Assembly (NCBI GenBank): GCA_963783375.1
Contig: CAWANH010000029.1
Coordinates: 928,001 to 992,000, forward strand
DNA length: 64,000 nucleotides
Source of the DNA: Candidatus Eiseniibacteriota bacterium
GTDB taxonomy: Bacteria; Eisenbacteria; RBG-16-71-46; JABDJR01
Direction: 5' to 3'
In this document: positions 18,593 through 30,198 of the stretch, one piece after another
Layout of the letters: each line of letters begins with the position of its first letter
Numbering within the stretch: position 1 is the first letter of the stretch
Notes under the pieces: model-generated
Databases searched by the model: none
Told to the model about the DNA's origin: nothing
Seen by the model: the letters and a program-made list of their open reading frames with translations, nothing else
Made by a program: the position numbers and the translations under genes

Positions 18593-18653
18593 GTTCGCGC
18601 CGCCCGCGGGGCCCCGGTTCGCGGGCCGTCGATCTCATACCCAAGGAATTCTC

Positions 18654-20458
18654 ATGGCGCCGGACCACCCGGTCGCGCCCGCCCATCCCCTGAGTACGCT
18701 CCGGTTCTCCCTCCTCGCCGTCCTCATCGGCGGGGTGGCCGGGATGGGCGCCGTGGCCTTTCGAGCCCTGATCGCGCTCTTTCACAACCTTCTCTTTCTC
18801 CGCACCTTTTCCATCACCTACGACGCCAATCTCCACACCCCGGCGTCCCCCTGGGGCCCGTTGGTGATCCTGGTCCCGGTGGTGGGAGCGCTCGGGGTGG
18901 TCTTCCTGGTCAAGAATTTCGCCCCCGAAGCCAAGGGACACGGCGTTCCCGAAGTCATGGACGCGATCTACTACAACAAGGGAGTGATCCGGCCGGTGGT
19001 GGCGGTGATCAAATCGCTGGCCTCCGCGCTCTCGATCGGAAGCGGGGGGGCGATCGGACGCGAGGGGCCGATCATCCAGATAGGCTCCTCTTTCGGTTCC
19101 ACCCTGGGCCAGCTGATGCGGGTCCCCTTGTGGCAACGCATCACCCTGGTGGCGGCGGGGGCGGGCGCGGGAATCGCCGCCACCTTCAACACCCCGGTGG
19201 GGGGCGTGTTGTTCGCCGTCGAGATCATGATGCACGAGGTGAGCGTCCGGACCCTGGTGCCGGTGGCGATCTCGACCGCCACCGCGACCTACGTCGGACG
19301 GATGTTCTTCGGCCCCCACCCCTCCTTCGTCATCCCCGGTTTCGAGACCCCGTACTTTCACCTCACCGATCCTGCGGTGCTCCTCACCTACGTGGGGCTG
19401 GGAATCCTCATGGGCCTGGTCTCCGCCCTCTACATCAAGTCCATCTACGGCTTCGAGGACTTCTTCGAGAAACGGGTGAAGGGGGGCTACTACGTCCGGC
19501 ACATGTCGGGCATGCTGGTGGTCGGCGTGATGATGTACGTCCTCTTCCGGCTCTTCGGCCACTATTACGTCGAAGGCGTGGGTTACGCCACCGTGCAGGA
19601 CGTCCTCTCGGGGGAAACGCCATCTTCCTCCTGCTCCTTTTGTTGTGCGGACTCAAACTTCTGGCCACCTCGCTCACCCTGGGATCCGGAGCCTCGGGGG
19701 GGATCTTCTCCCCCGCCCTCTTCATGGGGGCGACCCTGGGGGGCGCCTACGGGATCCTCCTCCAGAACCTTTTTCCCGGCCTGGGAGTGAGCGCGCCCGC
19801 CTTCGCGGTGGCCGGGATGGCCGGGGTGGTGGGTGGATCCACCGGCGCGGCCATGGCCGCCATCGTGATGATCTTCGAGATGACCCTCGACTACAGCGTG
19901 ATCGTCCCCATGACCATCACCGTGGCCCTGAGCTACGAGGTGCGGAAGCTCATCTCCCGGGAGAGCATCTACACCCTCAAGCTCGTCCGGCGGGGACACA
20001 CCATGCCCGACGCGCTCCAGACCAACTTCCACCACTTGCGGCGGGCCGGGGACATCATGGACACCCGCCTGGTCTCCGTCCCCGCGGACGCCACGATGGA
20101 TCACTTCGTGCGGTCCGCGTCCGGGGCCGCCTCGGTCACCCATTTCCTGGTCGTCGAAGGGGGGCGCGTGACCGGGGTGCTCACCCATCACGCCGCCATG
20201 TCCGCCCTGGCCGAGCCGGATCAAGGGACAACCATGGGAACCGTGGCCGACGCGAACTTCATCGTGGTGTCCGAGGACTCCACCTTGTCCGAGGTGATGA
20301 CTCGGCTCCGCCGGAGCCAAGCCTCGGCGGCGTTGGTGGTCCGGCGGGGGGAGCCGGCAGACCCCGAATCGACGGCGGCCGAAGGCGTGACCGGGATCAT
20401 CAACAAGGAGCGGATCGCCGATACCCTGGTGGAGGCGATTGAGCTATTCTCGGACTGA
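18654..20458 (+). CDS. CLC chloride channel/antiporter with CBS domains (frameshift ~19615)
   Basis: GHGVPE, GREGP, FNTPVGG in first frame; GGIFSP and CBS pair in second frame. Confidence 0.9.
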
Positions 20459-20554
20459 CCGGGCGGTTTCCTCGCGGGAACCACCTCATCGACGCCGGCA
20501 GGCCCCGTCGGGCTCCCGGTTCTCCGGATATCCACGCCAATCGACGGGGCTCAC

Positions 20555-21769
20555 ATGAGTTGGTCGGAAAAGCTTGGGGCGAACCGGGTCGTCCTCGCCC
20601 TCTCGGTCGCCCGCCTGGGGGATGCGATCGGGAACAGCATCCTTTTCATCATCATCCCGCTCTACGTGGCCAAACTCCCCGCTCCCTGGTTCCACGTTCC
20701 GGAATCGGTGCGGGTCGGAATCCTGATCTCCCTCTACGGCATCGTGAACTCCGCCTTCCAGCCGCTGATGGGGGCGCTCAGCGACCGGTTCCGACGCCGG
20801 AAGCCCTTCATCCTGGCCGGACTCTTCCTCATGGCGGTCAGCACGTTCCTGTTCACCCTGGCGAGCCGGTTCACCGACCTCCTGGTCCTCCGAGCCATTC
20901 AGGGGGTGGGGGTGGCCATCACCATTCCGGCATCCATGGCGCTCATGGCCTCGGCCACCCAGAAGCACTCGCGCGGGGGGTCCATGGGGGTCTACTCCAC
21001 CTTGCGGATCGTGGGGTTCGCGTCGGGCCCCCTGATCGGAGGCTTCCTTCACGTCCGCTACGGGTTCAACGCCGCCTTTCTGGCCGGGACCGCCTTCGTG
21101 CTGTTGGGGATGCTCCTGGTACAGTTCTGGGTTCACGAAGCACCCACCGAGGCCCCGGCGGCCGCCGAGCGCCCCCGGTTCCGGATCATCGACCGGGGGC
21201 TCCTCTCGGGCGGAATCCTGGGCCTGGGGGCGGCCACCTTCGTGATGGCCGCGGTGTTCACCATGATGAGCACCCTGGAGGTGCAGTTCAACGAACGCCT
21301 CCATCAGACCGCGTTCGCCTTCAGCGTGGCCTTCAGCGCTCTCATGGTGAGCCGGCTCCTCGCCCAGATCCCCCTCGGCCACCTCTCCGACCGGATCGGA
21401 CGAAAGCCCCTGATCGTGATTGGCCTCCTCCTCATGGCCCCGGCCAGCGCGCTCCTCGGCGAGGTGACATCCACCTTTCAGCTCACCGGCCTCCGGCTGA
21501 TCCAGGGGCTGGCCTCGGCGGGGATCGCCGCTCCCGCCTTCGCCCTGGCCGCCGATCTCTCCAAGGTCGGAGGTGAGGGCCGCCAGATGAGCGTCATCAC
21601 CATGGGCTTCGGGCTGGGAATCGCGGTGGGGCCCCTGATCGCCGGGGTCCTGGCCGTTGTCTTCTTCGAGCTGCCGTTCCTGATCGGGGGGGCGCTTTCG
21701 CTTCTGGCCGCCTGGATCGTCCACCGCTACGTCCCCGAGACCGTCCACCGGCAGCGCCGGGCGGCGTAG
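20555..21769 (+). CDS. MFS transporter
   Basis: About 12 TM helices, motif A GALSDRFRRRK and GHLSDRIGRK. Confidence 0.92.
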   Translation: MSWSEKLGANRVVLALSVARLGDAIGNSILFIIIPLYVAKLPAPWFHVPESVRVGILISLYGIVNSAFQPLMGALSDRFRRRKPFILAGLFLMAVSTFLFTLASRFTDLLVLRAIQGVGVAITIPASMALMASATQKHSRGGSMGVYSTLRIVGFASGPLIGGFLHVRYGFNAAFLAGTAFVLLGMLLVQFWVHEAPTEAPAAAERPRFRIIDRGLLSGGILGLGAATFVMAAVFTMMSTLEVQFNERLHQTAFAFSVAFSALMVSRLLAQIPLGHLSDRIGRKPLIVIGLLLMAPASALLGEVTSTFQLTGLRLIQGLASAGIAAPAFALAADLSKVGGEGRQMSVITMGFGLGIAVGPLIAGVLAVVFFELPFLIGGALSLLAAWIVHRYVPETVHRQRRAA

Positions 21770-21936
21770 GGGGGGCGTTGCGGGCGCTCGATCGTCCCCG
21801 CGATCGCAAGAGGGAACCGTTGACTCGGCGGAAGCCCTTTCGGCGCCCGCCCGAACCCATTAGAATGTCCGCTCGTTTCGGCAAGGCCGGATGATTGTCT
21901 CCCCGCAGGCTGCGGGTCGGGAGCGAGGACCAGGCG

Positions 21937-23329
21937 ATGACGGAAACAGCGGTACGCGCGATCTACCGGGACCCCAAGGGACACGTGGGACGGACGGTCA
22001 CGGTCTCCGGGTGGATCCGGACGGCCCGATTCTCCAAGAACGTGGGATTCCTGGAGCTCAACGACGGGACGTTCATGAAGAACCTCCAGGTCGTGATCTC
22101 GCCCGAACTCCCGAACTACGACGAAGTTTCGCGCCTCGGGATCAGCTCCTCGATCGTGGTGGAAGGGGATCTGGTGGAGAGCCCCAAGCCGGGACAACCG
22201 GTGGAGCTCAAGGCGGCCCGGGTGGAGATCGAGGGCGCCTCGGACGCTGACTATCCGCTCCAGAAGAAACGGCACACCTTCGAGTACCTCCGTACCATCG
22301 CCCACCTGCGCCCCCGCGGAAACACGTTCACCGCGGTTTTCCGGGTGCGCTCCCTCGTCTCCTACGCCATCCACACCTTCTTCCAGGAGCGGGGATTCGT
22401 CTACGTGCACACCCCGATCCTCACCTCCAGCGACGCCGAGGGCGCGGGTAGCATGTTCCGGGTCACCACCATGGACCTGGACAAGCCGGCCCGGGGCGGG
22501 GACGGCAAGGTGGACTACGCGGCGAACCTCCTGGGCCGGGACGCGTTCCTCACCGTGAGCGGGCAGCTCGAGGTCGAGACCCACTGCATGGCCTTCCGGA
22601 ACGTCTACACGTTCGGCCCGACCTTCCGGGCCGAGAACTCGAACACCGCCCGCCACGCCTGCGAGTTCTGGATGATCGAGCCCGAGATCTCCTTTGCCGG
22701 ACTCCCCGAGGTCATGGACCTGGCCGAAGACATGGTGAAGTACCTCATCACCTTCCTCCGCGAGCGCGCCCCGGAGGAGATGGCCTTCTTCAACCAGCGG
22801 ATCGATACGGACCTCCTGGCCCGACTGGATCACATCGCCAGCCAGTCCTTCGAACGCATCCCCTACACCGAGGCCGTCTCGATCCTGAAGAAGAGCGGGG
22901 AAACCTTCGAACACCCGGTGGCCTGGGAAGACGGCCTCCAGACCGAGCACGAGCGGTACCTCTGCGAGAAGGTCTACAAGAAGCCGGTCTTCGTCACCGA
23001 CTATCCCAAGGACGTGAAGGCGTTCTACATGCGCCAGAACGACGACGGGAAGACCGTGGCCGCCACCGATCTCCTGGTCCCCAAGGTTGGCGAGATCATC
23101 GGGGGAAGCCAGCGCGAGGAGCGGATGGACGTCCTCAAGCGCCGGATCGCCGAGATGGGTCTCGACGAGAGCGCCTACTGGTGGTACCTGGATCTCCGCC
23201 GCTACGGGACGGTGAGGCACGCCGGGTTCGGCCTGGGACTCGAGCGCTTCATCATGTACGTGACCGGGATGGAGAACATCCGGGACGTGATCTCGTTTCC
23301 CGCGGACGCCGAACAGCATCGAGTTCTGA
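21937..23329 (+). CDS. asnS: Asparagine--tRNA ligase (1-nt insertion ~23300)
   Basis: OB-fold [42 protein letters not shown]; removing one base restores the [10 protein letters not shown] terminus. Confidence 0.95.
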
Positions 23330-23474
23330 CCCGGAGAACGCCGGCGATCCACCGCCTTCGCGCCGGACCGGATTGCTGTGGCATCGTAGTTTCACGCATG
23401 CTATACTGCAACAAATTTCCTCGTCCCGTTCCCGTGCGGGGCCTGTTCCTCCATCACCCCCAAGGAGCAAGACC

Positions 23475-24143
23475 ATGGCCACTAGGCATACCCCCGATTG
23501 CGGCCCGCATCTCCCGGCGTTTGGGAGCGTTGCTCGTTCCCGCCCTGCTGGTCCTCTCGTTCGCTTCCACGCCTCCGCCGGTGTCATCGTCGCCTTCGGC
23601 GGCGCCTCCGGACCCGGGCTGGCCAGCATGTCGTTCAACAACCTGGGAACCCCGTCTCCGGGCAACGACAACTTCGCCGGCACCTCGCCCAACTGGGTCG
23701 CCGTCAACCAGAAGGCCTACAATGCCGTCGGCTACATCGACATGGTCTTCGTCGTCGTCGATTCCGGAGCGACGCCCATCACCGAATACGTGCTCACCGA
23801 GGGCGTCGACAACGGCACCGGCATCGACTGGACCGACTACCACCTCCAGCTCGGGTTCGGGACCGGCGCTTCCTTCGTGCCCTCGGGCCCCGGGGACGGG
23901 CTCGACTTCGACGCCCCGGACTACGACTCCCCCTTCAGCTTCGCGCCATTCACCACCGTGAACCCGGGCGAGGACGGCGTCGATGCCTACGGCGGCACCT
24001 TTCCCACCGGCTCGTTCCACGTCATATCCTTCCCGTTCGACGTCCCGAACGGCATCACCGAGTTCACGATCCGGCAGTATCCCACCATTTCCCCCACGCC
24101 CACCGAGGCCACGACCTGGGGAAGGGTGAAAGCCCTGTACTGA
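23475..24143 (+). CDS. Secreted surface protein with C-terminal TWGxxK tail
   Basis: AAGGAG RBS; signal peptide ([16 protein letters not shown]) recovered by compensating frameshifts; beta-rich body; ends [14 protein letters not shown]. Confidence 0.8.
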   Translation: MATRHTPDCGPHLPAFGSVARSRPAGPLVRFHASAGVIVAFGGASGPGLASMSFNNLGTPSPGNDNFAGTSPNWVAVNQKAYNAVGYIDMVFVVVDSGATPITEYVLTEGVDNGTGIDWTDYHLQLGFGTGASFVPSGPGDGLDFDAPDYDSPFSFAPFTTVNPGEDGVDAYGGTFPTGSFHVISFPFDVPNGITEFTIRQYPTISPTPTEATTWGRVKALY

Positions 24144-24175
24144 TCCGGGCGAAGTATCCACCGGCCGGCGCCGCG

Positions 24176-25222
24176 TCAGAGTCCGAGGACGCTCTCGACC
24201 TCCAGGAAGAGCGGCCACACGGCCCCTCCGGTGTTGCCGAGCATCGTTAGGACGATGCTCGGGCCGGGGTAGACGGCGGAGCGCATGGCCACACCCGGGT
24301 CCGAGCCCTCGACGAAGACCTTCCGGATCGCTTGATCCGGAAGGTCGATCCATACGCCGTATCCGTAGTGGGTATATGGCGAGTTCAGTGCGGTGGCGAT
24401 ATGCGGCTCGAGCAGCGCCTCGGTGGTCCCGACCGCCAGTAGTTCGGATCCGGTCAACGCCCTCCAGAACCGCGCCAGGTCCGGCGCGGTGGTGTACGCC
24501 CCTCCGTCGGGCCCGCCGATGACCGGCACCGCGAAGACGTTGGTCCGCCAGGACCCGTCGTCGTCCTTGATGTAGGCGCGGGCGGTCCGCTCCGGCAGCC
24601 GGTCGGCCGGGAAATACCCCGAATCATCCATGCCCGCCGGTTCGAACACCGTTTCCCGAACGACGTCCGGGAAGGGCTTGCCGGCCACGCACTCGGCGAC
24701 CAGGCCCAGGAGGATGTAGCCCCCGTCGTTGTACTCGAACCTGTCCCCCGGCGGGAACTTCATGGGCCTGTCCCGGAAGAGAGGCAGGAAATCCTTCGGT
24801 CCTCTCATCCGGTACACGGGAACGTCCCGCCACAGCGCCTCGTAGTCCGGGTCCATGTCCTCCTCGAAGTACGAGGTGATCCCCGAACTGTGGGTGAGGA
24901 GGTGGCGGACGGTGATCTCCGGCGAGAAGTGCGGGAAGGCCTCGTCGACGCACTCGGTCAAGCGGGTGTCGAGGCTCACCATTCCCAGCTCCACCAACCG
25001 GCAGACCGCCACCGCAGTGAAGATCTTGCACCCCGACGCCGTCTGGAACCGGGTGTCGATCCGGTTGGGGACGGACTCCGAGCGGACGGCCGGGCCGTAG
25101 GCGTCTTCGAAGAGAACCTCGTTGCCATGCGTCAGACAGACCACCCCGGAAAACGGCTCGGGATCGGTCCGGCTCTCGATGCAGGCGGCCAGCGCTTTCG
25201 GGTCGAGCTTCATGCGATTCAT
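24176..25222 (-). CDS. Serine hydrolase, beta-lactamase class C-like
   Basis: SGCK (SxxK), LLTHSSG, FEYND, YGYG. Confidence 0.9.
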   Translation of the reverse strand: MNRMKLDPKALAACIESRTDPEPFSGVVCLTHGNEVLFEDAYGPAVRSESVPNRIDTRFQTASGCKIFTAVAVCRLVELGMVSLDTRLTECVDEAFPHFSPEITVRHLLTHSSGITSYFEEDMDPDYEALWRDVPVYRMRGPKDFLPLFRDRPMKFPPGDRFEYNDGGYILLGLVAECVAGKPFPDVVRETVFEPAGMDDSGYFPADRLPERTARAYIKDDDGSWRTNVFAVPVIGGPDGGAYTTAPDLARFWRALTGSELLAVGTTEALLEPHIATALNSPYTHYGYGVWIDLPDQAIRKVFVEGSDPGVAMRSAVYPGPSIVLTMLGNTGGAVWPLFLEVESVLGL

Positions 25223-25498
25223 CCTGTGGCGGGGCGGGAACACGAGAAGGGCCCGCTCCGGCCGCGAAGGGTATCATGCCCGGAGCGGGGGCCCACGGCG
25301 TGAAGCGGAGGGCGCGCGGATCGCCCGGATCCTCCACCCCCGTCCCGTCGGCCCGGACCGCCTCCACGGGCCGCCGGGGGGCCATTCCCAGGCGGCATGG
25401 TATGATGCGATCTCCGCCGGGGCGGTGAGCGGGACGAAGACCATAGGGATCGATCGGCGGCAGAACGTACTCCCCAACCTACAGGAGCCATCCGACCC

Positions 25499-27883
25499 AT
25501 GCCCCTCGATCCTGGCACCCGCCTTGGCCCCTACGAGATCCTGGACGCGCTGGGAGCCGGCGGCATGGGCGAGGTCTACCGCGCCCGCGACACCCGTCTC
25601 AACCGGACGGTCGCCATCAAGTCCCTATCCCACGCCTTCGCCGACGACCCCGGCCACCTGGCCCGGTTCGAGCGGGAGGCCAAGGTCCTGGCCTCGCTGA
25701 ACCACCCCAACATCGCCGCCATCTACGGGCTCGAGGACCACGCGGGAGCTCCCCACCTGGTCCTTGAGCTGGTGGAGGGCGAGACCCTGGCCCAGACGCT
25801 CACCCGGGGACCGCTCCCGGTCTCGGAGTCCCTCCAGGTCTGCGGGCAGATCGCCGAAGCCCTGGAGGCCGCTCACGAACGGGGCATCGTCCACCGGGAC
25901 CTGAAGCCGGGAAACGTCATGCTCACCGCCACGCGAACGGTGAAGGTGCTGGACTTCGGTCTGGCCAAGGGACAGGCCTCCACCGAGGACTCCTCGGCGG
26001 TTCTGACCGCCACCCCCACCGCACCGGCCTTCTCCACCGGCGCGGGATTGATCCTCGGCACCGCTCCCTACATGAGCCCGGAGCAGGCCCGCGGTAGGCC
26101 GGTGGATCGTCGGACCGACGTGTGGGCGTTCGGGTGCGTGCTCTACGAGTGTCTCTCCGGCCGGGCAGCCTTCGCCGGGGAAACCGTCTCCGACGTGATC
26201 GCGAAGATCCTGGAGCGCGAGCCGGACTGGAGCGCGCTTCCCCCCTCCACGCCTCCCCGCCTCCGCACCCTCCTCGGTCGCTGCCTCACCAAGGACGCGG
26301 TGCAACGGCCCCGCGACATCGGTGACCTGCGGCGGGAGCTGACCGCCATCGCCCTGGAAATGTCCGCGCCCAAGGTGGGCCGGACCTCCCCCGCCGACCG
26401 GCCGTCGCTGGCCGTGCTCTACTTCGAGAACCTCTCCACCGACAAGGAGAGCGAGTACTTCTGCGCGGGGATCACCGAGGACATCCTCACCGATCTCTCC
26501 AAGATCAAGGGACTCCGGGTGGCGTCCCGAAACGCGGTGGCCAAGTACCGCGGCGAATCCGTGGACATCTCCCGGGTGGCTTCGGACCTGGGGGTGCGGG
26601 CGGTGCTGGAGGGGAGCGTCCGGAAGGCCGGCGACCGCGTCCGCATCTCCGCCCAGCTCATCAACGGCTCCGACGGGTTCCATCTCTGGGCCGACCGCTA
26701 CGACCGCGTCCTGGAGGACGTCTTCGCGGTGCAGGAGGAGATCGCCTCGGCCATCGCCCAGGCGCTCCGGGTGGCGCTCACCCCGTCGGAAGCGAGGAGG
26801 CTCACCCAGGACCGCCCCCAGGACGTGCGGGCCTACGACCTGTACCTGAAGGGGCGCGAACAGTACGGCCAGTACACCCCCGAGGGGATGCGAAACGCCC
26901 TGAATCTCTTCCAGGAGGCGATCGGGGTGGACCCGAACTACGCCCTGGCCTGGGCGGGTATCGCCGACGCCCACGGCCAGATGCTGCAGTTCGGAATCAG
27001 CGAGAACGTGGACGAGACATTTCGGGCGGGGCTCGAGGCCGCGGAGCGGGCCATCCAGATCAACCCCAAGCTGGCCGAGGGCTACAAGGCCAAGTCCCTG
27101 GTGCTCCGGTTCTCCGGCGACCGGGAAGGATCCAATGCCGCCCTGGCCCAGGCGATCGAGGTCAATCCGCGCTTCACCCCCGCCCTCATCAACGTCGCGG
27201 TGGAGGAGTTCTGCCGGGGCGACGTGGCCGGAGCCGAGCGCCATGTGCGCCGGGTGCTGGAGATCGATCCCCAGGAGTCCTTTGCCACCATCTGGCTGGC
27301 CTGGCTCATGACCTACACCGGCCGCTGGGAGGAGAGCGCCGCCATCGGCCGCCAGCAACGCACCCTCTCCGACAATCCGATCTACGTCGCCGCCACGTAC
27401 GGATTCCAGCTCAACGCCGCCCTGGCCGCCGGCGACATCGAGAGTGCCCGGGACCTGTATCGCCGCGCCGCCGCCGAAGTCTCGGACAAGCCCAACCTGA
27501 GGGTGATGAAAGCGTCGATCGCGCTTTCCAGGGGGGATCTCGAGACCGCGCAGAAGATCGCGCGGGAACTGCGGGATGACCGTGGGGTGGGAGGGGGACC
27601 GCTGCTCGAGCTGGCCCGGATCGAGCTGGCCGCGAACGACCCCGAAGCGGCCCGTCACTTCCTGGAGCGGGGATTCGTTCGCGATCTGGCTCCGGTGGCG
27701 ATCCGGCTCCTTCCACACCTCCGCCCCCTCCTCGGCTCCCCGCCCTTCACCCCGAGGCGGATGGACGCGGTCCTGGTGTGGCCGCTGGAGGCGCCCATGC
27801 CGGACCGGGAGATGCTGTCGCTCTTCCGGGAAATCCGGCTGGACACCGGCACCCCCGAGGGCAGTGGAGTGGAGCCGGCCTGA
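25499..27883 (+). CDS. Ser/Thr kinase with TolB-N-like domain and TPR repeats
   Basis: [26 protein letters not shown]; SLAVLYFEN...LEGSVRK...; helical TPRs. Confidence 0.93.
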   Translation: MPLDPGTRLGPYEILDALGAGGMGEVYRARDTRLNRTVAIKSLSHAFADDPGHLARFEREAKVLASLNHPNIAAIYGLEDHAGAPHLVLELVEGETLAQTLTRGPLPVSESLQVCGQIAEALEAAHERGIVHRDLKPGNVMLTATRTVKVLDFGLAKGQASTEDSSAVLTATPTAPAFSTGAGLILGTAPYMSPEQARGRPVDRRTDVWAFGCVLYECLSGRAAFAGETVSDVIAKILEREPDWSALPPSTPPRLRTLLGRCLTKDAVQRPRDIGDLRRELTAIALEMSAPKVGRTSPADRPSLAVLYFENLSTDKESEYFCAGITEDILTDLSKIKGLRVASRNAVAKYRGESVDISRVASDLGVRAVLEGSVRKAGDRVRISAQLINGSDGFHLWADRYDRVLEDVFAVQEEIASAIAQALRVALTPSEARRLTQDRPQDVRAYDLYLKGREQYGQYTPEGMRNALNLFQEAIGVDPNYALAWAGIADAHGQMLQFGISENVDETFRAGLEAAERAIQINPKLAEGYKAKSLVLRFSGDREGSNAALAQAIEVNPRFTPALINVAVEEFCRGDVAGAERHVRRVLEIDPQESFATIWLAWLMTYTGRWEESAAIGRQQRTLSDNPIYVAATYGFQLNAALAAGDIESARDLYRRAAAEVSDKPNLRVMKASIALSRGDLETAQKIARELRDDRGVGGGPLLELARIELAANDPEAARHFLERGFVRDLAPVAIRLLPHLRPLLGSPPFTPRRMDAVLVWPLEAPMPDREMLSLFREIRLDTGTPEGSGVEPA

Positions 27884-28214
27884 CTCCGACCCCGGCCGCT
27901 ACGATCGGTCGCTTGCGCCGACCGCTGAACGCCGTCCACGTTCGATACGCCCGGGGCGACCACTTGGGTCGCGCGGTCGCGGGAGCGATCCACGGCGGCT
28001 CCTGATGCGCCCCGCGTAGCCGACGTTCGGCTCCAGCGCCTGCGTGAACAGGGGCTTCCGGGGGCCGAGGATGCCGTCGGGAAGCATGGGGCCGACTCCG
28101 AGGCTCCCACGTCCACGGTGGTCGATCACCCGAATCCCCAACCTCCCATACGGCGCCACGTTCACGTTTCCGGGCGACCACCCCATGCCGACCTGGGGCG
28201 CAAGGACCTTCTGC

Positions 28215-28500
28215 CCGCCGCGACGAGGTACATGTTGTCCCGCCAGACCGAGAAGTTGATCGTACCGGGAGCGCTCCAGGCAGCGCCGATGATGCTCCCG
28301 ATCCCCGGAATCTCGCAGATTGCCGTGGGCCGCCCACCCTCGACGGGGACCTTCCAAAGCTTCCGGTCGTCGGCGTAGACCAGCTCCCGCGAGTCCGGGG
28401 ACCAGCTGGCCGGCCCGGCGGCCAGGATATCGGCAACGGACCTCGGGGTGAGCTGATCCAGATCGCGGACCCACACGTGATTTGCAGAGGTGTATGCGGA
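28215..28500 (-). pseudogene. Fragment of TolB/PD40 beta-propeller (kinase-associated type)
   Basis: HVWVRDLD...WSPDSRELVYADDRKLWKVPVEGGRP, similar to the propeller of the 35488 kinase; no start or RBS. Confidence 0.65.
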
Positions 28501-28708
28501 CCGCGAGCCGGCGCTGGAGGAAGTGATCCTCGAGTGTCTCCAGGGGGATCCGCGGCGCCGGCCCCGTTCGGCGCGTGAGATCGGCGAACGGCTCGCGGAG
28601 ACGAGGCCGGCCGGGTCGCCGGCGACTTCCGCCACCTCGTCGAGGAACGCCACCGCCGAACCGGCATCGGTCGTGGTGATTCCGGTCGAGGACTCCGCTG
28701 CCGGTTAG
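28499..28708 (+). pseudogene. Ser/Thr kinase C-lobe fragment
   Basis: PALEEVILECLQGDPRRRPRSAREI = kinase subdomain XI with no upstream domains. Confidence 0.6.
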
Positions 28709-29053
28709 GACGACTGGTTGGCGGGTCGGTTCGAGCAGGCCGTCGAGGGCGCCCGGCGAGCGGGGGTCTTCGAGCCGGAGAACTTTCTTTTCTACACGCC
28801 GTGGGTGGTCCTGATGTTGAGCGGCCGGGAGGACGAAGCCGCGCTCATGACCCGGATGGTCGACCGGAAGGAGGACCCCACCTTCACCCGCCTCCTGCGG
28901 TTCCACATCGCCGCCGTGTCCCCGGTCACCGCCCTGGGCGGAACTCGACCCCACCCGGGTCTGGTGGCCTACTCATGTGTGGACCCGGAAGATGCGGGGT
29001 GCTACCCTTTCGCGCTTCTTCGCCTCGGTCCACCCGGCCCACCCTGAGGAGGT

Positions 29054-29431
29054 ATGCATCCCATGCCCGACAAGACCCTGACCCCCTACGAGAACCTGCA
29101 ATTTGCCCCCCTTGCCGATGGAAGCCCGGTGCAGATCTCGCTGCTGTGGGGGAATCCCGAGACCGGGCCCGCGGCGGTGCTGGTGAAGTTCCCCGAAGGC
29201 TACCGCGAGCCCTGGCACTCCCACACCTCGACCTACCACGCCGTGGTCGTGAAGGGCGCTTTCCGCTCCCTCAGTCCCGAGGGCGGGCCGCAGTCGGAGC
29301 GCGTGCTGGGACCGGGTTCCCACATGATCCAGCCCGGCGGCGTGACCCACGCCGAAGTCAACGCCGGAGCGGGCGACGCGCTGGCCATGGTCTACTTCGA
29401 CGGGCCGGTCGACTTCGTGATGGCGGAGTAG
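29054..29431 (+). CDS. Cupin-fold protein (DUF4437-like)
   Basis: GAGGAGG RBS; PWHSHT...YHAVVVKG...QPGGVTH cupin motifs. Confidence 0.8.
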   Translation: MHPMPDKTLTPYENLQFAPLADGSPVQISLLWGNPETGPAAVLVKFPEGYREPWHSHTSTYHAVVVKGAFRSLSPEGGPQSERVLGPGSHMIQPGGVTHAEVNAGAGDALAMVYFDGPVDFVMAE

Positions 29432-29459
29432 CGAGGGCCCGGCCTCGATGGGGCGGCCG

Positions 29460-29481
29460 TGGTGCCGGGAGGGGGACTCGA
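29460..29481 (-). repeat. Duplicated tRNA-Leu 3' end (att-like)
   Basis: TGGTGCCGGGAGGGGGACTCGA vs TGGTGCCGGGAGGGAGACTTGA at 33157-33178, 20/22 identical, same orientation. Confidence 0.8.
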
Positions 29482-29511
29482 TTCCCCGCGGGGCGATCGG
29501 TCGGCGAACCG

Positions 29512-29930
29512 CTACTCCCCGACCATCTTCAGGAGGTCCTCCACCGACAACGCCTTCGCCTCCTCCACCAACCCATCCAATGTCCCCTTCGGAATCCCCG
29601 CCTTGTGCGCCTCGATCCGGTCCACGATCCCGGGATCCATGGGGTGATCCACCACCACCCCCGCCCGCTTCGACCTTGCGTCTGCCGCCGCCGCAATCGC
29701 CACCGCATTCTCCGGCCGGCCGTGCGCCTCGGCGACGTCGAGCGCGATCCCGACCGTGGGCAGGACCTCGGCCGGATCGGTGACCGAGGCCATCGAGCCT
29801 AAACCGGCGCCGCCGGGATGGTCGGCGGCCAAGCGGTGGAAAAGATCGATGGAGAAGCGCGTCTTCCCCGTGCCCCCGTAGCCGGTGATGGTAACCACGC
29901 GCGCGTCTCGCCGTGTGAGCGCGATCTTGG
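29512..29930 (-). pseudogene. Internally deleted STAND/NB-ARC ATPase-TPR gene remnant
   Basis: RVVTITGYGGTGKTR Walker A and VTDPAEV joined directly to a C-terminal helical segment; no Walker B. Confidence 0.6.
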
Positions 29931-30198
29931 GCCCCCGGCTTTGGGGATCCCTCAGCCGTGCCCGGTGGTGGCCGCCGGACCGGGTTCCCCGGGTCCATTT
30001 GGCCCCAGCCGGCCCGAGGCCCCTCCGGACCCGGGCCGATCGGGGGCGGCGTGTCACAGGTTGACGGAGTACCCCCTGCTGGACATACACTTCGGCCGGC
30101 CTGGACCCCCTATCGTCGCTTCCGTACCGGCCGACCACGGAGATCGAAAGGTCTCCTGCTCCCCCATTCAAGTTTCCAGAAACGAAAGCGTGGTCACC

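Noticed and set aside
23378-23395. Sigma54 promoter for the 23475 gene (TGGCATCGTAGTTTC)
   Set aside because: The -12 reads TC rather than GC; the nearby TGCTATACT extended -10 is a better candidate.
21895-23961. 688-aa AsnRS with a long C-terminal extension
   Set aside because: Artefact of a 1-nt insertion; the canonical end [10 protein letters not shown] lies in the adjacent frame (stop at 23329).
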